Below the pieces are notes generated by a model that saw nothing but the letters and a program-made list of their open reading frames with translations, made no database searches and was not told the origin of the DNA. Below, piece by piece: positions 49,334-61,700 of a stretch of DNA of 64,000 nucleotides. Both the position numbers and the translations under genes were made by a program. Source of the stretch: Macrostomum lignano. Its lineage: Eukaryota. Every line of letters begins with the position of its first letter. Within the stretch, counting starts at the first letter, position 1. The stretch spans positions 1-64,000 of the forward strand of contig NIVC01003930.1 of NCBI GenBank assembly GCA_002269645.1, given 5' to 3'.

Positions 49334-49631
49334 CATACATGCGCAACCTCCAAAATTCTGTCGGCCATGCGACTTAGTTTTAACAAAAATGCGAAGTAGT
49401 TTTTGGCCAAAAATGCGACTTACATGTAATAAAAACCATAAAGCAAAATTGACGCAACTTGGGGTAAACGGCATGAGTAACTATGACTGTCTTATTAGGT
49501 CAAAATGCCTCGTCAGCTACTTAGTAATACTACTTTGATATTTTTCGGGTGGGCATTTTTGCGACTTCCTTGATTGGCTGCCAAATCGGTCGGCCAGATC
49601 GGCCGACTCGGCCGACTGTTGCGCATGTATG
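49334..49631. mobile_element. hAT-type MITE copy A carrying a 28S rRNA fragment
   Basis: 14-bp TIR CATACATGCGCAAC / GTTGCGCATGTATG. Perfect 8-bp TSD TTCCGAAT (49326-49333, 49632-49639). Repeated tgcgactta motifs. Confidence 0.85.
49462..49525 (+). pseudogene. Degenerate 28S rRNA fragment (H69-H71 region)
   Basis: Gapless 64 nt, 52/64 identical to GGGTAAACGGCGGGAGTAACTATGACTCTCTTAAGGTAGCCAAATGCCTCGTCATCTAATTAGT (eukaryotic 28S sequence recalled from memory). Confidence 0.85.
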
Positions 49632-49663
49632 TTCCGAATGCAGACAAAAGTAAAATGTACACA

Positions 49664-49717
49664 GCGGGAGTAAGTATGACATCTTTTAGTGACAAAATAT
49701 GCCTCGTCATCTAATTA
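49664..49717 (+). pseudogene. Second degenerate 28S rRNA fragment, outside the MITE
   Basis: gcgggagtaagtatgac..atgcctcgtcatctaatta. Confidence 0.75.
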
Positions 49718-51117
49718 ATAATTGTATTAGTAAGTGCTATACATTAATTTACTGACAAGATTCAATCTAATCTAGGGCTTATACTATATCTATCTAGTAT
49801 CTGAATTGAGTGAAACTTAAAATTGAGCTCAAATCTTATATATCTAATCTAACTAATTCCAATTACTAATACTAGCTGACATTACGTTTGTGCAATTTGA
49901 TAACTTTACTGTGTATAGTGCGTAAAGTCCATTGCATTTGCATTTTGAAAAAAAGTGATGATTACACTTAAACAATGATTACTGCAATTAAATGTTTCTG
50001 CAACTTTAGGTTGAATGCCTCAAAGGTTCCAAAGTTAAGTAACTTTACTTATTAACACTTTTTAATAATATACATTATTGCAAAATAGACAATTGTAAAA
50101 ATGAACAATATTACATTAAATTTTGCGTTCTCATTTTTTAATTGGCTTTCTTTTCAAAAAGTTGTATTTTTTTATGTTAGCATAATTTTGTTTTGGTTTT
50201 TTTTCATATTCGGAAGCACATTTGGAAATTTGGAAAATAAAATTTCCAAATACAAAACATTTGAATTTCTAAAAAGTATTTAAATATGTCTTCATGAGGA
50301 AAAACAAAAACATGTATTTGTCTAGAGTTAAATATAATGTTATTTCTCAAATAAAGATGCTATATATTGTTTTTTGTTATTATTGCATCCAAAATTTAAA
50401 TGAATAAATAACACCTTTAAAACAAAGATTAGCAGTACATAAGGATGATTCACATAAAAATTTGGAGGCTAATTTTCGAACATTGATTCTGACTCTAGAA
50501 GTATATATGGAAATAGATGTGTCACAATGATCAGCTTGTAGAATACTGTACTTCAGGTGACTCTTAGTTTGTATGGGCCATTCTCTTGTCACCCTACTAT
50601 ATATAGTATTGTGCTGTAGCTCTACAGCAGCTATATTTTTATAGTTGGTGTAATTAGTATACTTTTGTTTTGTTGACTCATTTAGAATCAATAATCATAT
50701 TCTGGCAGCCTTAGAAATGCCAGTTAACAATTAACAAAAAAGATACCAAGATAACAAATGGCTGGAATTTGATAGATAGACCAATGTGTAACACTTTAAC
50801 ATAACTTGATTATAGTGCCTTGTGCTGCAATTAGAAAATGAATATTAGCCTCAAATGAGTTAAAACTCAAAACCTTCAAGAATATATCACTTGTGTTGTC
50901 TTGCATGAACATCAAAATGAAGAAATTGGCCTTCAAAAAATGTTCCAGGAATCACAAGTGTAGCATCATGATGTACTGCTAGTTATGCTTGTTAGAAAAC
51001 ATGCAAGGAGTTGTTAAACAAGGATGTTTATTGTGTTGAATTTGAATTTTTCTTGTTTCAGTATTAGTAATTACCAATTTAATTACTTCATTCTATGATT
51101 CTATATGATGCTTAAAA

Positions 51118-51383
51118 CATACATGCGCAACCCCCCTGATTTACACTGGCCATGCAACTTACTTTTTGACCAAAATGCGACTTACCTTTAAAAGAAACCC
51201 GATTAGGTAAACGGCAAGAGTAACTATAACTGTCTTATAAGGGCTAAATGCCTCGTCATCTAATTAGTACTACGTCTGTATTCTTTAGGCTGGGCATTTT
51301 TGCGACTTACCCCTGGTCCACCACTGGCACCACAATTTATGGTGGCCAGATCAGCCAGGTCGGCCAGCAGTTGCGCATGTATG
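51118..51383. mobile_element. hAT-type MITE copy B carrying a 28S rRNA fragment (51207-51268)
   Basis: Same 14-bp TIR. Flanking cttaaaa duplication (7 bp, or 8 bp with a 1-nt collapse). The last 23 nt of the fragment match 28S exactly. Confidence 0.85.
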
Positions 51384-53064
51384 CTTAAAACATGCTTTAA
51401 CTTAAAAAATGTAAAAACCACATGATCTAGGATAATCTTTTTTTTACCTTTTTATAATTGTACTACAAGTGTTTTGGAAGAGGTTTTGTGCTTTTGTGAA
51501 ATATTCAGTGCTAAATTGACTGTTTGGCACCTAAAATTTCATGTTCAAGTACTGGAGGACTGGACTTTATCAAAAATTAACTTCCATTACCAAAGTCCAG
51601 CATTCTTAAAAAAAAGAACCAGAAAAAAGTGTCACTTTAAAAAATTACTTCTGGTACTAAAAGTGCTAGAACTGCCGGAACTTTGCCCAACACTGCGAAT
51701 GTCCAACCCACTTTTGCACAGGAATTTTTTGGGAAAAAAGCCATTTTCCTGACTATGGGTTGCATAAAGTTTAAGTAGCTAAATTCTTTAAAATAAAATT
51801 ATCACATTCAATCAGTATTATTATTATTATCATTTGCACTCCTATTATCTCTTAGTTATAACTTTTTTTTAAAATGTTCTACCTTTTGTTATAAAAACTA
51901 GAATATATATTTACTTATTTTCAAAGAACTTTGCATGCCAATTGCCAAATAAACACATCAATAAACTAAAGGGCTAATATTGCATGCTAGAACTTTTAAG
52001 CAAAAAGGCCATTTTCCTTAACATGGTCCTATAGATGTGATAGTATAGTCAATCAAGATCATGGTATATCTGTGCCAGAGCAAATTCTATCAAAAAACTG
52101 ATTGCAATGTGCAGTGGAACTATTTGGAATAGTATTCCTATCAAATAAGTCTGCTTGTGCCGTGTGCTAGAACTTTTATGAAAAAAACACAAAACAAAAA
52201 TCTGTATTTTCCATTTAAAAAATGCTAGTAAAACTTATATTTAAATCTTTTTCATAGAATATTAAGATTTTAATTAAAAAAGCTATCATCAGTATACTAG
52301 TAAACAAATATGCTAAGTTTCCGTCTACAAAAATCTTTCTAAAAGTTTTTGTCTTATACCAATTTGTGTCAAAGTTTTGACTTATGTCATACTCATACTA
52401 TTCTAGATTTCCCCCTTTTGCCTGCTATTGAACTGGAATGCAATGGCATGGTATATGTCTAACCCTCTTTTGTGTCAGAATTTTTTTCCTAAAAGGCTAT
52501 ATTCTTGACTATGGATGCTATGCTCTATTCAGTCTATGTTAATTCAGTTTGTCTATTCTATTGTTTATTCAGTAGATGTATATTCAGTTTAGTTAATGCC
52601 ATATTCTAAGTCAAAGCCACTTTTCTCTATGTCTGATTAAAGCATGGGCAATCTTCAAGAGTTGTTAGCTAAACTCAAAATTGTGCTATTCAAGGCTAGA
52701 GTTTAATGAAAAATTTTGAAGAATGTCTTTCTTGTTTTAAGCATAAGACTTTTAAAACACAAGAATATGGTTTTCTTAATATAATTTTTACTTTTGTCAT
52801 TGTTGCTTCAGTGATTTTTCAGCAATCTTGTTGGCATAGGCTGCTAGCTTGATAAAAGATTGGCTGGCTATTGTATTTGGCCAGGTATAAAATTCTTATT
52901 TTTTCTAACATTAACTAAAGTAGCTAAAGTAAGCTGCAAAAATGCCTAGCCAAAAACAAATATAATACTAATTAAATGACACAGCATTTAACCTTGACAA
53001 TATAATATGACAAAAAGCAATTCAATATAATTTTCATGCTGAATTGCTAAATAGAATTTTGAGC

Positions 53065-53985
53065 ATGTTCTCAGACGAGAGTCAAGCCGTCATCGATTGC
53101 CCCTCGGCCTGGCGGGTCGAGGTAAAAACCAAGGACCGCGAGACCGAGACACCCGCCATCACCCGCTACCAGCGCGGCCTGCAGACCACCCGGCGCAAAG
53201 AGGTCGAGTGCCAGACTGACAGCTTCATGTACGTGCAGGAGGAGCTCAGTGTTGATTCCAGCGAGCTGGATCCGGAGGTTATAAAGGTGTGTCTGAGTTT
53301 TATTGGTTTTATAAACTAATAAGTTATTTAAGAAATGAGTTAAAGGAGCAGTGGGTTACCTGCTTGAGTATGTAAATTCCCCATCTAAGCAATGAGCTAC
53401 CTGAGTAAATTCCCCACCTGAGCAATGGGCTACCTGAGTAAATTCCGCATCTGAGCAATGGGCTACCTGAGTAAATTCCGCACATGAGCAATGGCCTACC
53501 TGAGTAAATTCCCCACCTGAGCAATGGGCTACCTGAGTAAATTCCCTATCTAAAAACCTGAATTCAAGCAGCCGCTATCAGCCCTAAACTCTTCAAGCTT
53601 CTGATGGCAAGCAGAGAAGCATTTCCAACCCATCCTGTTATTCTCACTGATGCAGGCGCTGCGTCGGCTCGAGCCTTTGATGTGCCGGGAGCTCGAGCGC
53701 GCCTCGCGCAGCACCGCCTTCTCCGCTCTCTCCGGCCGCTACGGCGCACGCGGACCCGGTGGCGGCGCCGGCACCAACTCCGACACGGCGCCGCTTCGAC
53801 TCTCCGTCGTAGCCGGCGCTGGCAGTCCCGAGCTCGATTCCATGCCAGTAGCCGCGCTGAGCTGGAGCGCCACCGGCGCGTTTGTGGCCGCTGCGCTGGG
53901 CCGGTCCGACCACCAGGACTGGTGCCTGCACAGGGGCGCCGTCTGCGTGTGGAATGCCTCCTCTGCGCGGGGACAGGTGGGTCTG

Positions 53986-54018
<33 letters not shown>

Positions 54019-55435
54019 GCCTGTGACTGTCTGTGTCTGCCTGTCTGTCTGTCTGTGTCTGCCTGTCTGTCTGCCTGTGACTGTCTGTGTCTACCTGTCT
54101 GTCTGTCTGTGTCTGCCTGTCTGTCTGCCTGTCTGTCTGTCTGTGACTGTCTGTGTCTGTCTGTCTGTCTGTCTGTCTGTGTCTGCCTGTCTGTCTGCCT
54201 GTCTGTCTGTCTGTGACTGTCTGTCTGTGTCTGCCTGTCTGTCTGCCTGTCTGTCTGTCTGTCTGCCTGTGACTGTCTGTGTCTGCCTGTCTGTCTGTCT
54301 GTGTCTGCCTGTCTGTCTGCCTGTCTGTCTGTCTGTGACTGTCTGTGTCTGTCTGTCTGCCTGTCTGTCTGTCTGTCTGTGACTGTCTGTGTCTGCCTGT
54401 CTGTCTGCCTGTCTGTCTGTCTGTGACTGTGTCTGTCTGTCTGTCTGCCTGTCTGCCTGTCTGTCTGTCTGTGACTGTCTGTCTGTGACTGTCTGTCTGT
54501 GACTGTCTGTCTGTGTCTGCCTGTCTGTCTGTCTGTGACTGTCTGTGTCTGCCTGTCTGTCTGACTGTCTGTGACTGTCTGTGTCTGCCTGCCTGTCTGT
54601 CTGTGTCTTTCTGTCTGTGCTCCCATACAGACCGCATTTATCCACAATCAGTGCACCTGAACATGTCACTCATTGCAGCAGGACCGCCAGCAGCAGCAGC
54701 AGAAGCCGCATGCAGTTCTCGAGACGTCCAGCTGCGTTACCTCAGTGCAATACCACCCCAGCAACGCCTCCCTGCTGGCGGGCGGCAGCTTCACAGGCGA
54801 GCTGCTGGTGTGGAATGTGTCAGTGGGGAGGAGGCCGAGCAGCTGCTTGTCAGCTCGCTGAAACAGCAGGCGGTCGCTGCTGACTCAGAGGGCGGACTGG
54901 AGATTGCTCACCAAGAGCCCATTGTTGAGGTGAGTTGAGTTGGTTGCACAGACCAATTATCTGTTTATCTAGGCTTTGGCTTTGATTGTCTGTATTTGCG
55001 GGATCATTATCAGCCATCGGTGAGGCAAACTGCAAGCAGCCATGAATATCCGCACTCGGATACGCACGCAGGCACGCGCTGACTAGTGGTGTACAACTGC
55101 CTTAGCCTTATTATCGTTAGGTCCCCGATACCAAGAGAAGAATCGCTGAAAAGTCGTTACAAACAACTTTCTTGTGACTCTAGCGAGTTGGAAATGACTT
55201 TCGAACGACTCAAACGCGTCTAATGCGACAAAGAGGCGACTGTTGCGACACAAACGTCCAAGAGTCGTCCAAGAATTATTGTGTTGGCCCTCAACTTTCT
55301 ACTAACTCAGTAGGCTAGTTAGTGATTCAAGCACAACTTAGTGGCTCGACAGCGACTTTAGCACGCATCAAGTACGACTTCTTGAGTCGTAGAGTCGTTT
55401 TAGAGTCGCAGACATTAAAATTGCCTCTCTGTCTT

Positions 55436-55484
<49 letters not shown>

Positions 55485-55495
55485 GTCTGTCTGTG

Positions 55496-55580
<85 letters not shown>

Positions 55581-55662
55581 GAGTCTGTCTGTCTGTCTGG
55601 CTGTCTGTCTGGCTGTCTGTGAGTCTGTCTGTCTGTCTGTGAGTCTGTCTGTCTGTCTGTGA

Positions 55663-55721
<59 letters not shown>

Positions 55722-55801
55722 CCAGTGTCTGTCTGTCTGTCTGTCTGTCTTTCTGTCTGTCTGTCTGTCTGTCCCAGTGTCTCTCTGTCTGTCTGTCTGT
55801 G

Positions 55802-55848
<47 letters not shown>

Positions 55849-55849
55849 G

Positions 55850-55886
<37 letters not shown>

Positions 55887-55925
55887 GCCTGGCTATCTGT
55901 CTGTCTGTCTGTCTGTCTGTCTGCC

Positions 55926-55956
<31 letters not shown>

Positions 55957-55957
55957 G

Positions 55958-55988
<31 letters not shown>

Positions 55989-56063
55989 GTGTCTGTCTGT
56001 CTGTCTGTCTGTCTGGCTGTCTGTCTGTCTGTCTGCCTGGCTGTCTGTCTGTCTGTCTGTCTG

Positions 56064-56096
<33 letters not shown>

Positions 56097-56097
56097 T

Positions 56098-56132
<35 letters not shown>

Positions 56133-56133
56133 T

Positions 56134-56164
<31 letters not shown>

Positions 56165-56171
56165 GCCTGGC

Positions 56172-56220
<49 letters not shown>

Positions 56221-56275
56221 GGCTGTCTGTCTGTCTGTCTGTCTGCCTGGCTGTCTGTCTGTCTGTCTGTCTGTG

Positions 56276-56328
<53 letters not shown>

Positions 56329-56361
56329 GCCTGGCTGTCTGTCTGCCTGGCTGTCTGTCTG

Positions 56362-56398
<37 letters not shown>

Positions 56399-57650
56399 TT
56401 CTGTCTGTCTGTCTGTCTGCCTGGCTGTCTGTCTGTCTGTCTTTCTGGCTGTCTGGCTGTCTGTCTGTCTGTGTGTCTGTCTTTCTGTGCTACCAGTGTG
56501 AGCCAGTGTGACTCTTAGACAGACGCGTTACAGTTGAGCTACCTAGTTCATAGCTTATAAATACTGCGATCCTGAGTTCGAATCTCATTTTTGAGCACCT
56601 CTAGCAGATCACTCTCATCGCATATTTGCCAACTAAATTTCCAATCAGATTCTGTGGATCAAAAAGTCCACCGCCGGCGGCTCCTCCAGCCGGGACCACT
56701 TGCTGACTGTCGGCGCTGACGGCCTGCTGCTGCTGTGGCTGCTGGACTCGCGCAAGGCCACGCTTGGCTTGGCCGGTGCGAACCGCCTGTCGGCCAAGTC
56801 GCTGCCGAAATCGCTGCGGGTTCGCGCCTCCGGCCGGGCTGGCGTCGTCGGCGTCACCTGCGCGCGGCTGGTCGGCGGCGGCGGCGGTCGCAGCGGCGAT
56901 TCCTCCTCGACAGTGACAGTGGCGCTGGGCTGCGAAGCCGGTGCGGTGCTGGTCTGCCGGGTGAAGTCGCGGGCCTCCAAATCCAAGCCGTTTGACCCGA
57001 ATTCGCCGCCGCGAGATCCCGAAGTGCTGCGCGCCATCGACTGCGGCGGGCTCGGCATGGTGCTGGCGCTGGACTCGGTGCACCTGGCGCCAGCCATGCC
57101 CGGCGCCTCCGCTGGCCTCTTCATCGTCAGCGGCGGCTCCGGCGCCTGCTCGATGTACGCCGTTGGCGGCGAGTCCTCGTCCGCTGCGGCGCCGCCGGCC
57201 TCAGCTTCCGCCACGTCGCTGCCGCCGCTGCTCTGCCTGGAGACTGCGGCCGGAGCTGCCGGCGGCTGCGCCAGCAGCGGAGCCGCTCGGCCTGGACTGG
57301 TTGCCATAGCAACTGAGCACGCCGGGGTTCTGGTGTACGCGCTCGGTGCAGCTGGCGGAGCCGGCGCCTCGGCTGTTGCGTCTCCCGTGGCTTCCCTGAG
57401 TGCGGCGGGCGGCGCGGACAGCGGGCAGCAGCAGGCGGTGCTGTGCACCCAGTGGAACCCGATGAATGCCAGCTGGCTGGCTGCTGGCACAGCCGATGGC
57501 CGGCTGCTGGTGTGGCAGGACGCGGATCTGGGAGCCGCTGGCAACGCTGCCACTGTTGGCGAGTTCTTTGCCAGCCTTACTGGAGCTGGCAGCAGAGGTG
57601 GCGGCGGAGGCGAGGGTCAAGCAGGTGACGAAGGAGCTGGGGATGAATGA
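53065..57650 (+). CDS. DYNC2I2: Dynein-2 intermediate chain WDR34 (exons 53065-53286, 53656-53976, 54679-54929, 56649-57650; 1-nt loss in the G-run ~54825)
   Basis: [89 protein letters not shown] match WDR34. GT/AG phase-0 introns. Confidence 0.9.
53365..53552. repeat. 33-bp intronic minisatellite (~6 copies)
   Basis: tgagcaatgggctacctgagtaaattccccacc unit. Confidence 0.85.
53982..54612. repeat. (CTGT)n-based intronic microsatellite
   Basis: Direct reading. Confidence 0.95.
55430..56485. repeat. (CTGT)n intronic microsatellite
   Basis: Direct reading. Confidence 0.95.
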
Positions 57651-58112
57651 TCGTCTTTGGGCTTACAATGCATTGCATGTAGCCTGTTTGGCCTTTTTAT
57701 TGCCTATAATCGTGAGTAGGGTGTCAGTGGGAATAGCTCGAAAACTCATTGTAACCGAAAGGTTAACCAAGATGATGGTTCCTGTTTACTGAAATCGATA
57801 AATATTTTTTCAAGCTACTTAGTAAGTAGTATATATATAGATGTAGATCACTGCCTTGTTCTGTTCTCTTAATCCTTGTCAGAATCTGTGCGCTTACTCC
57901 GTCCGTTTTGAACTAAAATACTTATACATACCTGTTTTGACTTTTTATATTCATGCACTTAACTTTGAATTGATTTCTAAAAGTAACTTCTGTCCTTTGA
58001 TTTTTTATCGCTTCAAGCAATTTAAGTAATCAGAGTTTCAAATAAATAACTAACTCGACTTTATTATACGTTTTGAAGTCGATTTTTGATTGAATTATTT
58101 TTATTTGTTCTG

Positions 58113-58577
58113 CTACTGCCCCTGTCCATTAGCTACTGTCCCTGTCCATTAGCTACTGCCCCTGTCCATTAGCTACTGCCCCTGTCCATTAGCTACTGTC
58201 CCTGTCCATTAGCTACTGTCCCTGTCCATTAGCTACTGTCCCTGTCCATTAGCTACTGTCCCTGTCCATTAGCTACTGTCCCTGTCCATTAGCTACTGTC
58301 CCTGTCCATTAGCTACTGTCCCTGTCCATTAGCTACTGTCCCTGTCCATTAGCTACTGTCCCTGTCCATTAGCTACTGTCCCTGTCCATTAGCTACTGTC
58401 CCTGTCCATTAGCTACTGTCCCTGTCCATTAGCTACTGTCCCTGTCCAACAGCTACTGCCCCTGTCCATTAGCTACTGTCCCTGTCCATTAGCTACTGTC
58501 CCTGTCCAACAGCTACTGTCCCTGTCCATCAGCTACTGTTCCTGTCCACCAGCTACTGTCCCTGTCCACCAGCTACT
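58113..58577. repeat. 20-bp minisatellite (~23 copies)
   Basis: ctactgtccctgtccattag unit. Confidence 0.95.
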
Positions 58578-58731
58578 CAACCAATGCCTGTATCAGGTTT
58601 TACATTTGGGTTGAGCGCACAAATGATGTACTGATAATCCAATTTGTCTACTTCAAGTAGAATATGAATACAGTTAATATTTTGCGCATTACTGCATGAA
58701 CCCAGTCTAGCCTACGCCGACACAGCAGTCA

Positions 58732-61700
58732 ATGTCAGCGGCTAACGGCTTTCCTGTTCGCACGCAGCACCAACAGCACTCATCCCCAGTTGTCGGGGCG
58801 CCAATGTTTCCCAGCGGCGCCGCGCCCGGCGCTTATTCGGCGCCAGCGCCGCAGCATCAGCAGCAGCCCCACCACGCCTTTCACGCCATGCCGCATCACC
58901 AGATGGGGCACCCGGCAGCTGCGGCGGCTGCGACGGACAAGAAGTGGGCGGAGCACACGATGCCAGACGGCAAGACGTACTATTACAACCTGGTGACCGG
59001 CAAGACAGTCTGGGAGAAGCCGGACGATCTGAAAACCGAGTGGGAGCTGATCATGGCCCGGTGTCCGTGGCGAGAGTTCCGCACGGATGCCGGCAAGGTG
59101 TACTATTCTCACTCGGTCACCAATCAGTCCGTGTGGACCAAGCCTGAGGAGCTCCGCTTGGCCGAGCAGCAGGCTGAGATGGCCCGGCAGCGGGCGGCGG
59201 CCGCGGCTGCCATCGAGCCGCTCAGGCAGATGCAGCACCTGCAGCAGTCTGGGCCGCCGCCTCCGCCTACCGCCGCCGTTGGCTCCCCGGCTGCCAGCGG
59301 CGGCGGCGGCGGCGGCAGCTCCGCCATCGAGGAAGCGATGAAGAAGACGCTGGAGTCATTCGGCGTCATTCCGCCGACTACCGACGCCGCCGCTTCCGAC
59401 GCTGGCAGTTCGGCGTCGGCGGCGGGCAAGCGAGGCGGCGGTAAGCGAAGGCGCGGCGGCGGCGACATGTCTGGCGCCGATGACGACAGCGACAGCTCCG
59501 AGGACTCGGACGGCAGCGGCGGCTCCGGCCGAAAGAAGAAGAAAAACAAGCCGCAGCAGCAGGAGCAAAGCAAGGAAGACGTGTTTAAAGAGCTGCTGCG
59601 GGACCGGCGGGTGCCGTCCAGCGCCACCTGGGAGACCGCAGTGCGCATGATTCAGGAGGACCCGCGCTACCAGCAGGTGAAACACCTGCAGCACAGGCGC
59701 CAGGTGTTCAATAATTATAAGACTCAGCGGCAGAAGGAGGAGAAAGAGGAGCAGCGGTTGAAGGTTGGTTTCAGTTGAATCTTTATTTTGATTCTCTTTG
59801 GGGCATCTATTGGGTGTTTGTTTATAGAGAGCCTTATCAGAGTGTTTTTGCAATCTTTAATTGTGTTTTGAGAGGCTTAAGTTGAGTTGATGTGTTTATT
59901 AGAGCATCAATTCGGTGTTTAGATGAATAGATTCAAAAATTGATTTTTATAGCTGCTGAAATTGAGTGTTTATTCGCCTGAATTGGGTTTATATACACTG
60001 AAATCGGGTGTTTATATCAGCTAAAATCAGGTGTTTATAGATGCTAAAATTTTGTGTTTTTATCTGCTGAAATCGTGTGTTTATATTTGCTCAAATCGGT
60101 TGTTTATCTATGCTGATATCCGTGTTTATGTCTGCTAAAATTTGATGCTTATATATGCTGAAATTGAGTGTTTATCTATGCTGAAATCGAGTGTTTATCT
60201 ATGCTGAAATCAAGTGTTTATCTATGATAAAAAAGATATCTATGATGAAATCGGGTTTTTATATCAGCTAAAATCAGGTGTTTATATATGCTAAACTTTT
60301 GTGTTTATATCTGCTGAAATCAAGTGTTTATATATGCTAAAAAAGTGTTTATCTATGCTGAAATCGGGTGTTTATATAAAATTAATTGGGTGTTTTTATA
60401 TGCTTAAATCGGGTGTTTATAAATACTTAATCGAGTGTTTATATCTGCTGAATCGGGTGTTTATCCATGCTAAAATGGGGTGTTTATAATAGCTGTAATC
60501 GGGTGTTTATATCTGCTGAAATGCTTATACATGCTTATCTTGTCAAACCCTCGCAGATCAAGAAGGCCCGCGAAGACCTGGAGCAGTTCCTGCTGCAGAC
60601 GGCGCCAATCACTTCGAGCACAAAGTACCGCACAGCCGAGAAGATGTTCGTCGATCTGCGCGTCTGGACGGCCGTCCCCGAACGGGACCGCAGGGACATC
60701 TTCGATGACGCGGTGCGCGAGATTGACAAGCGCGAGCGGGAGGCGCAGCGGGCCCTGCAGCGCAGGAATATCGAACGGTTCGGTGAGATTCTGGCGGGTA
60801 TGAAGGAGATGAACTACCTGACCACCTGGACTGAGGCACAGCAGATGCTCAGCAATAGCGCCAGCTTCCGCTCCGACCGCGAGCTGCTAGACATGGACAA
60901 GGAGGACGCGCTGATCTGCTTTCAGAAACACGTCACCCGCCTGGAGAAAGAGGAGGACGATAAGAAAGAGGAGAACCAGCTGAGGCAGCGGCGGCAAGAG
61001 AGGAAGAATAGAGAGGCCTTCGTTGTGCTGTTGGACGAGCTGCATGACCAGGTATGAGCGGATCTGTCACTGATGGGAGTGGATCTGCCACTGACGGGAG
61101 TGGATCTGCCACTGACGGGAGTGGATCTGCCACTGACGGGAGTGGATCTGCCACTGACGGGAGTGGATCTGTCACTGATGGGAGTGGATCTGTCACTGAT
61201 GGGAGTGGATCTGTCACTGATGGGAGTGGATCTGTCACTGATGGGAGTGGATCTGTCACTGATGGGAGTGGATCTGTCACTGATGGGAGTGGATCTGTCA
61301 CTGATGGGAGTGGATCTGTCACTGATGGGAGTGGATCTGTCACTGATGGGAGTGGATCTGCCACTGATGGGAGTGGATCTGTCACTGATGGGAGTGGATC
61401 TATCACTGATGGCAGTGGATCTGTCACTGATAAGAGTGGATCTGTCACTGATGGGAGTGGATCTGTCACTGATGGCAGTGGATCTGTCACTGATGGCAGT
61501 GGATCTGTCACTGATTGGAGTGGATCTGTCACTGATGGGAGTGGATCTGTCACTGATGGGAGTGGATCTGTCACTGATTGGAGTGGATCTGTCACTGATT
61601 GGAGTGGATCTGTCACTGATGGGAGTGGATCTGCCACTGACGGGAGTGGATCTGCCACTGACGGGAGTGGATCTGCCACTGACGGGAGTGGATCTGTCAC

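Noticed and set aside
53564-56518. QTDR/LSVC repeat ORFs
   Set aside because: Translations of intronic (CTGT)n tracts.
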